Below are positions 25,214 through 38,639 of a DNA stretch of 64,000 nucleotides, piece by piece. This DNA is from Octopus vulgaris. Its lineage: Eukaryota. Each line of letters opens with the position of its first letter. The first letter of the stretch is position 1. Position numbers and translations under genes: made by a program. The notes under the pieces are model-generated. The model worked only from the letters and a program-made list of their open reading frames with translations, did no database searches and was not told where the DNA came from. The stretch lies in assembly GCA_951406725.2 (NCBI GenBank), contig OX597821.1:94860001-94924000 (forward strand), written 5' to 3'.

Positions 25214-25625
25214 CTCTTTTACTCTTTTACTTGTTTCAGTCATTTGACTGCGGCCATGCTGAAGCACCGCCTTTAGTCGAACAAATTGACTCCGGGAATT
25301 ATTCTTTGTAAGCCTAGTACTTATTCTATCGGTCTTTTTTGCCGAACCACTAACTTACGGGGACGTAAACACACTAGCATCGGTTGTCAAGCAATGCTGG
25401 GGGGGGGGACAAACACAAACATACACACACACACACGCACACACACGCATATATATATACATATATACGACGGGTTTCTTTCAGTTTTCGTCTACCAAAT
25501 CCACTCACAAGGCTTTGGTCGGTCCAAGGCTACAGTAGAAGACACTTGCCCAAGGTGCCACGCAGTGGGACTGAACTCAGAAGCATGTGGTTCGTAAGAA
25601 AGCTACTTACCACACAGCCACTCCT
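25214..25625 (-). mobile_element. SINE family A
   Basis: Reverse complement of family A. Confidence 0.92.
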
Positions 25626-27204
25626 ATATATATCTATATCTATATAAATATATATATCTATCTATCTATCTATTTATCTCGCCCTCTCTCTCTCTCCCCC
25701 CTCTCTCCCCTCTCTCTCTATATATGTATGTATGTATGTATGTTCATTTCTATTCTGAAATAATGAAACAAATTTGAAATTCCATCAAGGAACACACAAT
25801 CCGAAAATACATTTAACAATTTCAAACCGCATAAATGGAACTGCAAATACTAGCAATTTAAACCAACAAAACTACAGTAATCGATTTTTAGACCCATCCA
25901 GATGAACAAATACCCATTGGAGCCAAGCAAGCAGGAAAAACCAAAAGCAGTGAATTTGTCAAAGACGACAACAGCGATAAAACAAATCGACATAATAGCA
26001 AACGAATTAAATTTAACTCCAACCACCCGGAGATCTAGTTACAATGAGATTAAAGATGACATTTCGGTTTTCTGAAGAAAATTGCTGCTCACAGAAGAAT
26101 CGTTCGAAAAGAATAATGATGAATCATTTGTTGGCAACAGAAGCAACTATTCTTCACCAAAAAGTAGGTATCAAGCGCTGTGTTTGTGGCTATATTTCTT
26201 ACTTTATTTAATCCCTATTTTTGTAATGTTCTGAGTTCAAATTCTTCTGATGGCAATTTTTGCCATTCGGAGTGTAATAAAACAGATGTCGGTGATTGTT
26301 GTGTTATAAGGATGATGATGATGATGATGACGACGACGACGACGACAATGATGATGATGATAACGTAACATAAATGTTGGGCTGTAGTTTGAAGGAGATT
26401 CGACTGCTATTTCTTGTCCACTGAAAAACTTTGCAGATGTTTCCTTGTTGGTAGCAGCCGCGGGTTTGTTTATCCCCAACTCAGCTCTGACCCAGCAGAG
26501 CTATGAGGAAAAAATAACCAGACAATTTCATCTTTCATTAACCAGGCATAGAACTACGTTATACACTGTTTTCTTGTTTTCTAAAACAGTAGACTGTAAC
26601 TGTCATTTCTAGCATGTTGAGATACCACATAGAGATTCCTCCCACACCTTTCCAGTGAATTTGATTCAATCTACTGCGCTCCACCTTTACCGCTCCACTC
26701 CTTGCATACGAGTTCGTTAATATATTCACGTAACAAACGAAACGAACATTTGCAATACAAACAATAAAAATTTACATATATAATAAGTTAATTAGAAAAT
26801 AATTAAACGCCAGTTTGAGAAACATTTAAATGCTTCTCCCTACGCCCTTGCATAATGTGTTTTGAATGAACGTGACTGACAGTTTAACTTAGTGACTGAT
26901 TAATTAACATCATTATAAAGATCGTAACCGGTGCGGCAGACGTTTATATCCACCCAACGTGGGTAAACTACGGGTGTGGCGAACAGCTAAAGTAAATAAA
27001 GAATAATTAATTTGTAATATTAATTTCTAAGGCAAGGACCAAGGACAAAAACATACGAAAATGCACAAAAATAGTTAACTTCATTTAAACATTTATTGTT
27101 TGGTGCCAAAATTTTCATCGCAGCAACCGGGACCCGGTTACAGATAGTGTTCCACTGCAACTGGTTTTGGGCGAAGCTGTTGGTTGACCCTGTCAGTGAC
27201 CAGA

Positions 27205-27436
27205 TCGCGGAGCTGGCAGAAACGTTAGCGCGCCGGCGAAATGCTTCGCGGTATTTCGGCTGCCGTTACGTTGTGAGTTCAAATTCCGCAGAGGTCGACT
27301 TTGCCTTTCATCCTTTCGGGGTCGATTAAATAAGTACCAGTTACACACTGGGGTCGATATAATCGACTTAATCCGTTTGTCTGTCCTTGCTTGTCTCCTC
27401 TATGTTTGGCCCCTTGTGGGTAGTAAAGAAATAGGT
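27205..27436 (+). mobile_element. SINE family B
   Basis: Nin/Deu core. Confidence 0.9.
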
Positions 27437-28135
27437 ATGTGCAACGAAAATTATGACACTAAATAATGAAATCTTTTATTCAATTAAGTTTTTGAATGGC
27501 CAATATATGTCTACCAGGTTGTTTTCGTTTAGGTTTCAACTCACCATCTTAGATCAGATCAGATAAGTACATCTTCGAGACTAGAACAATTGTTTCTTTC
27601 TGAGTCTAGAGGAAAGAGCAGTGCCTATGATGCCCTTCCCAAGCCCTCCAAGAACGGTGAGGTTGATGCTGTTAATGCGCCTCTTGAAACTTTGTTAACT
27701 AATATCTGCTTGAAATACACGCAATGGGAGAGAATTCCGAAGGTTCTGGATAAGGAGAATTGCAAATAATGATTAATGCGACGCCAGGGTGGGAGATGCA
27801 CAAATGAAGAATGATGAGAGAAAGAGAGATAAATTGGAACGGGAATACATAAATGGAGATGCATGAGCTAAGCCAATGCCTAGGAAGAGAAGTCATTACA
27901 ATAGCAGTAAAAAGAAAGAGCGAGTAGATAGTACATCTGTGGGCCAGAAGTTGTAGGATGGTTGTGACTGATTGACGATAATCAATCGAATGGCCTTTTT
28001 CTGGAGTGTCTAATATGTCTTGGTGGAGGGATTCAATCTGGTAAGTTTTTATTTTATTAAACCCTACAAAAATTAAAGGTAAAGTTGATTGTTTTAGAAT
28101 ATAAAAGCGCAAAACATTTACACACACTGATGCAC

Positions 28136-28223
<88 letters not shown>

Positions 28224-28608
28224 CCATTCGTACTATGATAAAATATATGTAGATAATATATCGTGGACTAAGTGCTCGTAAGCGGATTTATCTGGCACTC
28301 GACGGAGCTAGCTACTCCAACTTCCTTGATAGTAACAACAATGGTTTCTAACACAGGCAAAAGTCTATAAATTTGTTGGTAGAATTATGGCAGATTAACG
28401 CGACCATAGTAAGAATTGATGTGTGTATGTGTGTATGTGTGTGTGTGTGCACTTTACATTCTGAGCTCAAATCCTACCGAGTTCAACTTTGCCTTTAATC
28501 CATTCCGGGCCGATAATATAAAGTATCGATTAAGTTTCTCGGTAGGGGTAATCGACTAACCACCACTCCTCAGAACTGTTGACCATGTACCTACATTTCA
28601 ACCCATTA

Positions 28609-28666
<58 letters not shown>

Positions 28667-28809
28667 GTTATCTTTTGTTTTCTTCTTTCAAATTTGCTTC
28701 CCGACTCCTAGGGCAAAGAAACTCATAGTATACATTGGTAGGCCATTAAACTAAACTCACTAGTGCGTTAATTTTTTTTAAAGTTAAATTAAAATACATG
28801 GGTAGTAAT

Positions 28810-28864
<55 letters not shown>

Positions 28865-28878
28865 TTATTATTATTATT

Positions 28879-29100
28879 AAGGCGGCGAGCTGGCAAAAGC
28901 GTTAGAACGCCGGGCAAAATGCTTTGCGGTATTTTGTCCGTCTTTACGTTCTGAGTTCTAATTACACCGAGGTCGACTTTACCTTTCGTCCTTTCGGGGT
29001 CGATGAAATAAGTACCAGTTGAATACTGAGGTAGACGTAATCGACTAGCTCTCTACCCCATATTTCTGGCCTTGTGCCTTTAGCACAAAGGATTATTATT
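28879..29100 (+). mobile_element. SINE family B inserted in (ATT)n
   Basis: AGGCGGCGAGCTGGC head and Nin/Deu core. Confidence 0.88.
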
Positions 29101-29482
29101 ATTTAGGTTCTAAGTATCCTAGCTCTCCCTAATACTGTTTTCAGGAGCTGCACTAAGGTAGATTTTATGCTTATTTTCTCTATCTATTTGTTCAAATCTT
29201 TAGGAATAGTTCATAATGCTCCTATAACTATAGTGATACATTCTACCAGCACTTTCCATAGCTCCTGTAACTCAAGGGAAAGGTCTCAGGTGTTAACCCT
29301 GCAAAATGTTAAAGACTTTCTGAACATTTAACAAAAATAATTATACATGATGTCGAGATGAAAAGAGGAAAAATTCGTGGCAAAACCTTTAAGCTTTTAT
29401 TGGTGAGACAAGAAAAAGTTTTTAAATGGTTATTGTTCAGTGCAAATCCACACGCAAAAACTTCGTATACATACATACATGT

Positions 29483-29514
<32 letters not shown>

Positions 29515-29545
29515 CATATTATACATACGCACACACACACATATA

Positions 29546-29637
<92 letters not shown>

Positions 29638-30382
29638 TGTGTGTGTGCGTGGGAAAATCTAACCAACCGATCTGTACAGTAAGTACCTGCTTGTTAGAAG
29701 GTTCCTAATTATTACATTTGAACTTTTCGTGTTGCAACCAAAGTTTCATCTATATTTCAACATTCAATGGCTGCCGAGAACATTTTATTGCTTGAATTGT
29801 CTTTACACTCAAGTGGAAGTGAGATACTACACCATCAGTGAATTGGACGATCATACACAACGAAAAATTCTCCTGAGTCGACATTTGGAAATAATTGTGG
29901 AGGGCAAATTTTACCGAACCGGATTTTGTTATTTGCTTTTCTTATTAGAGTGGTGATCCAGCTACGGAATAACAACGAATAATCAAAGTAATATCTACGA
30001 AAATTAAATGCACCGTGTTTCAACTGATATGGTTATATTACATCCCTTGAGACGACTTTATTGCATTCCTTAAAATGTTCCACGAATTTCAAGCTGCTGC
30101 GATCTTCGAAGATTACAATGGCGTAAAATCGGCGAAGTATAATTACCAAGGATACTTATCAAAGTAGAAATGGAATATCACTAAAGAATATATATACATG
30201 ATTGTATATTTGAGACTTAACGAGTTTCCTATACTAATGTTAGTAATGGCCACCTCCAAATAGGAACGGAATTCTCAGTTGCCAGTAAATGAATAAAGTG
30301 TGTTACATTTATTGATTACTTATCCTCTCTCAATTGCACACATATTCGTGTGTGTGTGTGTGTGTGTATATATATATCTATA

Positions 30383-30498
<116 letters not shown>

Positions 30499-30511
30499 TA
30501 GATAGATAGAT

Positions 30512-30543
<32 letters not shown>

Positions 30544-30628
30544 TTATATGTATGTATATATATGCATATGTGCGCGTATGAATATCTATCTATTTAACTA
30601 TCTATCTATCTATCTACCTATCTGTCTA

Positions 30629-30691
<63 letters not shown>

Positions 30692-31401
30692 AGAGAGAGA
30701 GAGAGAGAGACGCACATACATATATATACACATGCATATGCACACTCATATATATATATATATATATATATATGCAGAGAAACCAGTTCACCTAATTGCA
30801 CACGCATAGACCGACCGAATCGATATCACATGTCTCGGAGGTACTGCGAAGGCCATCAACACAGCCCACTTAATTAAAAAATAAACAATTAAAAAGACAA
30901 GTTACGAACATTTTATCAGGAGATTTTAATTAATCTAGGAAATTTATAAAACCTTATTAACTGAACCTCCATTTAACTGGCGTCATAAATATTGTTGGAA
31001 ATTTTCATTACGAAATTCAGTTTAATTATTTTAAACCAAAACATATTATTCCCTTCGAATTTCCTTTCATCATTGGCACTCCCTACATCATATAGGACTA
31101 TAAATGTTCATAATTGTACATTTATTTAGTGATTCTTTCATCAGGCTTTTGATTTCTCCACTGGAGTTTATTCTTTGCCCTGAAGGTCAAATATAGTCGA
31201 AACGTAATTTTGGTTTCCTGTGTACTTACTGAAAGACTGAAAATAGTAATCGTCACAGACTAATATTGTTCTCATAATTGTTTCTAGTTAACACGTTTAG
31301 TGTTGACTGCATTAAATGTTAACACTAACTCAATTATTGTTTATGAAATAACTTTGTACACTCTCAGAGTAGCGCTCACTATTTTACAATTTTATTCCAA
31401 A

Positions 31402-31797
31402 CTAGCAGTATCGCCCGGCGTTGCTCGGGTTTGTAAGGGAAATAACTATATAAGCATTTTTAGAGATGTAAAGTATAATAGCCATCTCAATATGGCTAAC
31501 CACAAAGGGGGGGTGTTACTGTAGCTTTTTAAGTTCTGAGATTTAATAATAAATTTTTAGAGAGTTACTTCCCTTATATATGCCAAAAATGCATTAAAAA
31601 TGGGAAAAATTGATGGTAAATTTTATTTTAAATCGTAGACTCATCGTAGACGCGCGCTAATATCCAGAAGGGCTCGATATGAATCACGACTATAAGATAC
31701 CCGCTTTTGGTTAAACTTCACCGCAAAATGTGGGAGTAGTTAGGAATCTAAATCGTAGGAGACAGACAGCACACAACCTCACTTTTATATATAAAGA
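31402..31797 (-). mobile_element. Non-autonomous Helitron (copy 1) containing a retrozyme fragment
   Basis: 5' TC, 3' CTAG, subterminal hairpin CCCG(AGCAACGC)CGGG, inserted between A and T; homologous to 37888-38286. Confidence 0.88.
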
Positions 31798-32955
31798 TAT
31801 ATGACGTGGTTGCTTTAGTCGTGATCCTTTAGGGGGCGTCCAAGGCTTGAGTGAGAGAAGGAAAGACATTCTTTAACTTGGTCTGAATCTTTGCATGAGA
31901 GTGGTTTCTGTTAAAGGCATTCAAGGTTCCAGATGGCAGTATTTAACCTGGTGAGGTGTTAAGTCTGCTGACTTAGCAGACTATGGTGGAATTTGAAGTC
32001 GGCATACAAAGAACAAGAACAAACAAGACAAAGCGTCCAGTTCGACACTCTTATAGCTCTGTCAGTCCATTTGTACTCTTATAGCTCTGTCAGTCCTGGA
32101 TTTGTACTTTTGTTACCAATCCTGAAAAAAGTTAAAAGCAAAGTTGCACTCGACGGATGAGTCAGAATCTATACAGTGATGCATTTGTAATCGATATGCT
32201 AACGATTCTACAAAATCACCACGTACTGGACATGAAATTGTAAATTTTAAAAAGGCAAGCATTTTTGCGTAAGTCCGTTAACCCGTTGACGTTAATATAG
32301 TAATAAACAAGCACAAGAGAAATAAAGACATTTGAGGGCAACCGTTGAGCTTTGGAACCTAGTCTCCCAAATTAGCTTTCAACTTTATAGCAATGAATAT
32401 TGAAGTAATATTGGTGAAACTTAAAAGTTAAAATAGCCACAAAGTTAAAACACAATTGGCCAGATATTGTTGTGTGAGACCACAAAAAAAAAATTCACAA
32501 GGGTTCTGTTGTGGAAATCAGTTGCTCTCCGGATCCCGGTGTAGTTAGGAAAATACAGGAGATAAAGGACATCTATTGACCATTTATAAGGTGTTTTCAA
32601 ATCCAGTACCCAAGATACATTTTCGGCTTCATACCTATTATTATTGATGCAACAGGATACGTACGAACCCGTCTGGAACAAAGTATAGCTGAACTTAGGT
32701 TCTTGAGAAGAGAATGCAACTCTTTGATTTATACACTACAAATGATCACAATATAAAAATCTGCAAGACCTTAAAATATAAAGATAAACTAAACAAAATG
32801 CTTTCCTTCACAACCTAGTTGCTAAGCAGGTGGCCGGTCAAAGTTGATTAAATTTATAGGAGAAAGAGAACGCATTCATCCGTCCATCCATCCATCCATC
32901 CATCCATCCATCCATCCACCCATCCATCCATCCATCCATATATATATTTAAATTT

Positions 32956-33002
32956 TGTCAGTGAACAGGTAACGGTTTCAAAGCGACGAAAATATTTTGA
33001 CA
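32956..33002 (+). ncRNA. Minimal hammerhead-like motif with G3-C8 swapped core (copy 1 of 2)
   Basis: UGUCA-GUGAACA-G-GUAAC...GCGAC-GAAA-AUAU-UU/UGACA; stem II decayed in this copy. Confidence 0.6.
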
Positions 33003-33145
33003 CAAATTAAATTTAAACGTTGAAGTGAATATCTACCTATCTATTTGTGTGTTTGTTTGTGTGTGTGTGTATATATGTGTGTGTCTGAGTTTGTGCGTGT
33101 ATGTATATATGAATATATATGCGTATGTATGTATATATATGTATA

Positions 33146-33181
<36 letters not shown>

Positions 33182-34217
33182 TGTATGTATGTATATGTAT
33201 ATATAAAACAATTTCTGTCTACCAAATCCTGCTCACAGTGCATTGGTCAACATGAGGTTATAGTGGGTTGAAGACGAAGATACTGCAAAACGTAATCGAA
33301 CTCGAAACCACGTGTCTTTGAAGGTAACGTCATGTTTGCACTTATTATATATTTATCTTTTATAATGAATTAAGTGTAAACGAAACGTTTTTGTACGTGA
33401 GAGAGTTTGTGTATGTTGAAACAGTGTGGAAGAGAGTGAGATGGAAAGAGGGAGAGTGAGAAAGAGCGATAACATAGATATATACACACATACATGCATA
33501 CATATACATTATCAATATTATCAGGTTTGAACCAGCTTTACCGGCTTCTAGGCGTGAGTAAAGGATTTTGTAAATTATTTTCAACAATGATATTGTTTAC
33601 CAATACAGGAAATATTTGTTTTTGCTAACAACACGCTTACACTTAAAACCCGAACACCATATTTAATATTGCATGGCAGCCATGTTTTATTGTAGTGCGG
33701 AGAATATACAACTGTTGCAATAATAATAACAACAACGACGAGAGTAGAAGATGCAACGTTAATTATTAACTACAACATCAACAATTACAACATCACCTAG
33801 GATATTAAGTGTAAGACGAACAGAAATAGCCTAAACGATAACTGCAACAGCATCAACTAAAAGATAGAGCAACACCTCCAAAACAGAAGCAAAAGAGATA
33901 AGTAGTGATAAACATGCAAAGTTTCCTATAAATGTAAATCTTGGTGTACGACCTGGTACGAACATGCGCTGGAACACGTGGAAACAGGAAATGAGGCGGA
34001 GAAAAGAGTGGGAAATGCCTTATTGTTTATATGATTCATACACGAATCCTTGTTGTTGTTACGTTTTGTAGCGTGAGCAAGGGTGGAACTGCACTCGCCT
34101 GATAGATGTTATCGGGGTTGAAAAGACGAGTGAAGAAAAAAAGAATGTAGAAATGTGCAGCGTATGCAACCTGGAATCTATTTACTACAGACTTATGCTC
34201 CCTTTTTGTCTTCTACT

Positions 34218-34304
<87 letters not shown>

Positions 34305-34366
34305 CGTGCGTATGTATGCATATTTGTGCATTGGCATGTAGCTAAAATAGACAGATAGACAGATAA

Positions 34367-34398
<32 letters not shown>

Positions 34399-34487
34399 AT
34401 AGATATATAGATATATAGACAGATAGATAGATAAATAGTTAGGTAGATAGATAGATAAATAGTTAGGTAGAAAGATAAATAGTTAGG

Positions 34488-34566
<79 letters not shown>

Positions 34567-36751
34567 GTAGGTAGACACACGTACATACATATATACATAC
34601 ATAATACATACATGTATACAGAGACAGGCATTTCTTATATTCTTTTATTTGTTTTACAACAACGGCCATTTGAAGGCACCTCCTTGAAGAGTTTTTTGTT
34701 TTTGCAATCTCTAAATTCGAAACTAGTTCTTACTTTAACTCTGTACTTAATCTCTGGGCTTCTTTCTTTGTAACAACCACTAAATTGTAAGGAGGTAAAA
34801 CTACACTAGTACACCGATTGTGGAAGTAGTCAGATACAAATACAAAGAACACTGCATACATCCACATTCAACACGCCATATATATATATACATACACACA
34901 TACATATATGGTATGCGTGTATACAGCAATGAAGATAAACAATATGTGTGTTTACATGTATATACATTGGTAATAGTAGCAACGGCATCACCATCAATGC
35001 CACTGTCTTCATTATTATAATGATGCTGATGCTTCCGATGACGTAGGTCTTTATTTTGACATTAATCTTTCAAGAAATAGCATTGAAATGTCCTTAAAAT
35101 CTCATACCCAGAAGTTTCGTAATAAAAGGAAGACACATTGGATTATAACGTATCTATTTAATCTCAATACGTTCAGGCAGACTCGAACGTGAATACCTGA
35201 TCATTGGTGTTTTGCTTCATAGGAGAACACATCTTCCCTTTAAACAATGTGTACATATCACATGCGATTCACCACGGTGTTTCGACGTTAGTGCGTGTCA
35301 GCTCAGTCGAAGTTACTCATAACCTATGAATCTAACCGGCTCTTTTTTAGTAGATAACATAAACCAAGTTATTTGATGGTGTGTGCTTATGTCTGCGAAA
35401 GAGATAATAATTCACCAGTTACACGCAGAACAAAACAAAAGTAAAGCACGTTGGATTCGAACTCCCAACTATTGGAACTTGAAAAACTGTGTTGTGTGAC
35501 ACTGTACCGATCCTGCTAACATACCCACAGTCCTTATCCTGTCGTTGAATTACACGTTTCCATTTAGTCGTACTGAATATGCCACAGAACTGGATGAAAG
35601 AACATCGATCTATGTCTTCACCTTTTTCTTTTAATGCTACATAAAAAAAACTAATGAGATCTGGCCTGATAAAAAATCCTTATCCTAAATCCTCTCTATG
35701 TTGTCCACTAGACAACATTTTGTGACATAGCTGTCAAGCTGAGGAAAATTACCCCGCCCTTTTCCTAGTAAGGCGGGAATGATATATTCGCAATGTGGTT
35801 GGGCGACAACTTAATCCGTTCAGCATGCGCTGACAACTATTCGATATAATACCGCATGACAGGGAAGCCTCCGTCGGTCTCCGTGCATCGCGAAGAGAGC
35901 CAGCTGACGTCATTACCATCCTTGAACGGTTTATCCCGAGCAGATAATGTTTTATATGGGCATTATTACTAGGCCAAGGTCTTTTAGTAGTTATCGATAA
36001 TCTCCGAGTTGAAAGACTCCTTTGCCTTGAATAATACAAATGTAGAGAGAGGAAATTTCAGGACAGGGAAGTCCGCATATTTATAAGGAGAAAGAATGTG
36101 ATTGTGTTATATGCTTGCTTTCTCTAAAAGAATGAACGCATATCTTTTAGCTTTCGTTGTTTCTACGGCTCTGATGCATTGGTAAGCTAATGAGGAAGCA
36201 TTTATACAATTGTTTGTCCTGCTTAAAATAGAAGTCAAATGCATTTCAAATCACATACTAGTGTCGTAAAAGGAAAACAGCAAATTGAATAATATAACTG
36301 TGGATGCACACTACCTGATAATAATAATAAAAAAATACGTGATACTAATTTTGGACTGACCTGCATTTAAGCAACAAAGTCAACAACATAGGTGGGTCGA
36401 TGTTGATACGACGTGATGAAAGTATTTAACATTTAAACATCGGTCGCTTTTAAAGAGACGAAAACAATGAGTGGTTAGAACCTATAAAATGAATTTCGTC
36501 CTTCATAAAATTTATTTCATTTCTTTATCATATAATGTATGAATAACATGAAAGTACAATATATTGGTAACTAAGGCCCGAGCAATAAAAACAGAACTAA
36601 CAAATATAATTATGTATGTTTATGTATGTATGTATGTATGTATGTATGTATGTATGTATGTATGTATGTATGTATGTATGTATACACATGCATATATGTG
36701 TGTGTGTGTGCATGAGTATGCATACATACGTACATATGTGCGTATATAATT

Positions 36752-37873
36752 TCTTGTCGCACTCCTGTAATATTTAAAAATCTGATAGCTAATATTAGTA
36801 ACAGAGTGTCTAACCTCTCTTCCTATAAAAAGATTTTCGGGAAAGCAGCCTCCAACTATAACAATGCCCTAGCCAATAGTGGCTTCAAAGACAAGTTAAT
36901 ATATATAATCCCTCTAGTATTAATGAGAAAAATAAAAAGAGATCTAAAACTAGGCCAAGGAAAATTATTTGGTTCGCCTCTCCATTTTCACTTAATATAA
37001 AAACTAAAATAGATAAAAAGAATTCTGTCCTCTCCTAGACAAACACATTCCAGCAACTCAAAGGTACAGGAAAATATTTAATAGGTCTTCTGTGAAATTG
37101 TCACATAGCTGCTGCCCCAATATAAAGAGTATCATTACACGTGGTCAACACCAAGAGCCTAAATCCAGTTGTAACTGTCGCGACCCAGGATCTTGCCCAC
37201 TTGACCAACAATGTAAAATTAAATCTATCATATATGAGGCAGAAGTTACTGCAACCCTAAATAACAATACAACATAAAAGAAGGCCTATACTGGATTATG
37301 TTAAGGGGAATTTATAAATCGTTACATGGCCTCCTTCTGGCATAAGGACAAAAACATAGCTACTAAGTTGGCTAGCTATGTATGGAGTTTGAAAGATAAC
37401 GAAACACCACATGTGATTAAGTGGAAAATAATTGAGGAATCCATACCTTATATTAATGGATCGAATAAATGTAGGCTTTGTTTAGCTGACAGAGCGCAGA
37501 TCCTGTTCAGATCTAAGATCCCTAACTCTCCACTAATCTCTAGGTTTTAAATTTTTAGTGGTTGCCAGCATATATATGTATAAATATATTTTGAAGAATT
37601 CGAAAATTCCGCCTATTCCTGATTAACTTGTTGATATCTTTCCAACTTTGTAATTTTTAATTTTTACTTTTTACATCTTACTATCTTATTTAATTTTTTA
37701 GTTCGTTATGATATGTGGCTTGTACCTGATGAATATGTTTGAGATATTTCTCAACATATGAAACTATTAATAGCACTTAAACATATGTATTGTGTCCTTT
37801 AAATATATGATATTTATGTCTTACCAGATGGAGTACTTTTTTCTCGAATTTTCCATCACGGAACAGTATGTTA
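36752..37873 (+). mobile_element. 5'-truncated Penelope-like element: RT thumb, Cys-rich linker, GIY-YIG endonuclease remnant, then pLTR
   Basis: NRVSNLSS...YNNALANSGF; RKIIWFASPFS; CNCRDPGSCPLDQQC; SIIYEAEV...YTGLC; TKLASYVWSLK...IKWKII...KCRLCL; stops and frameshifts. Confidence 0.88.
37711..37786 (+). ncRNA. Penelope pLTR hammerhead, probably inactivated
   Basis: CUGAUGA 37726-32; stem II AUAUGUUUGAGA/UCUCAACAUAU; GAAA 37760-63; palindrome CUAUUAAUAG; U16.1 appears as C. Confidence 0.75.
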
Positions 37874-37887
37874 TATATATATATATA

Positions 37888-38283
37888 CTAGAAGCATCGC
37901 CCGGCGTTGCTCGGGTTTGTAAGGGAAATAACTATATAAGCATTTTTAGAGAGTTATAGCCAAAAAATAGCAAAAAAATGCATTAAAAATGGAAAAGAAA
38001 TTATGGTAAATTTTTTTTTAAATCGTTGACTCATCGTAGACATTTTTAGAGAGTTACTTCCTTTATATAATAGCGAAAGAAATGCATTAAAATGGAAAAA
38101 AATGATGGTAATTTTTTTTTTAAATCGTAGACTCATCGTAGACGCGCGCTAATACCCAGAAGGGCTCGATATGAATCACGACTATAAGATACCCGGTTTT
38201 GGTAAAACTGCACCGCAAAATGTGGGAGTAGTTAGGAATCTAAATCGTAGGAGACAGACACACAACTTGACTTTTATATATAA

Positions 38284-38286
<3 letters not shown>
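37888..38286 (-). mobile_element. Non-autonomous Helitron (copy 2) inserted in (TA)n, with an internal duplication of about 100 bp
   Basis: 5' TC, 3' CTAG, same hairpin as copy 1. Confidence 0.88.
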
Positions 38287-38329
<43 letters not shown>

Positions 38330-38335
<6 letters not shown>

Positions 38336-38575
38336 CATACTGTTCTGTGATGGAAAATTCGACAAAAAAGTTCTCCATCTGGTGAGAGATATATATATAA
38401 TCCAAATAAGAAGACATAGAAAGAATTTAGCACATCTTTAATGACCACTTACAATTGTTTCTACACCACTTTGCATTTAACGCCATTGCACGCAAAAAGG
38501 TTCATGTGAAAAGTCACGTAATATTTGCTGTTTTCAACTCTAGGATGCCAGTTCATCAGACTTACATCAAACCGT
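38330..38575 (-). mobile_element. Second Penelope-type pLTR end in inverted orientation, with a hammerhead-like motif
   Basis: About 50-bp inverted repeat of 37824-37874; minus-strand CUGAUGA (38559-53) ... GAAA-CAAUUG-UA (38461-50). Confidence 0.65.
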
Positions 38576-38639
38576 GTGCCTCTGCATTGTGCGCTCTTAC
38601 AAATTTGATATTCTTTATGGTATGACTATAAAGAGTGGT

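Noticed and set aside
31179-31207. CTGAAGG...GAAACGTA degenerate minimal hammerhead
   Set aside because: Core incomplete, stems I and II do not pair, single copy; at most a decayed relic
32047-32097. 22-bp local direct duplication (similar ones at 2434-2478 and 55122-55202)
   Set aside because: Ordinary slippage duplications with no further structure
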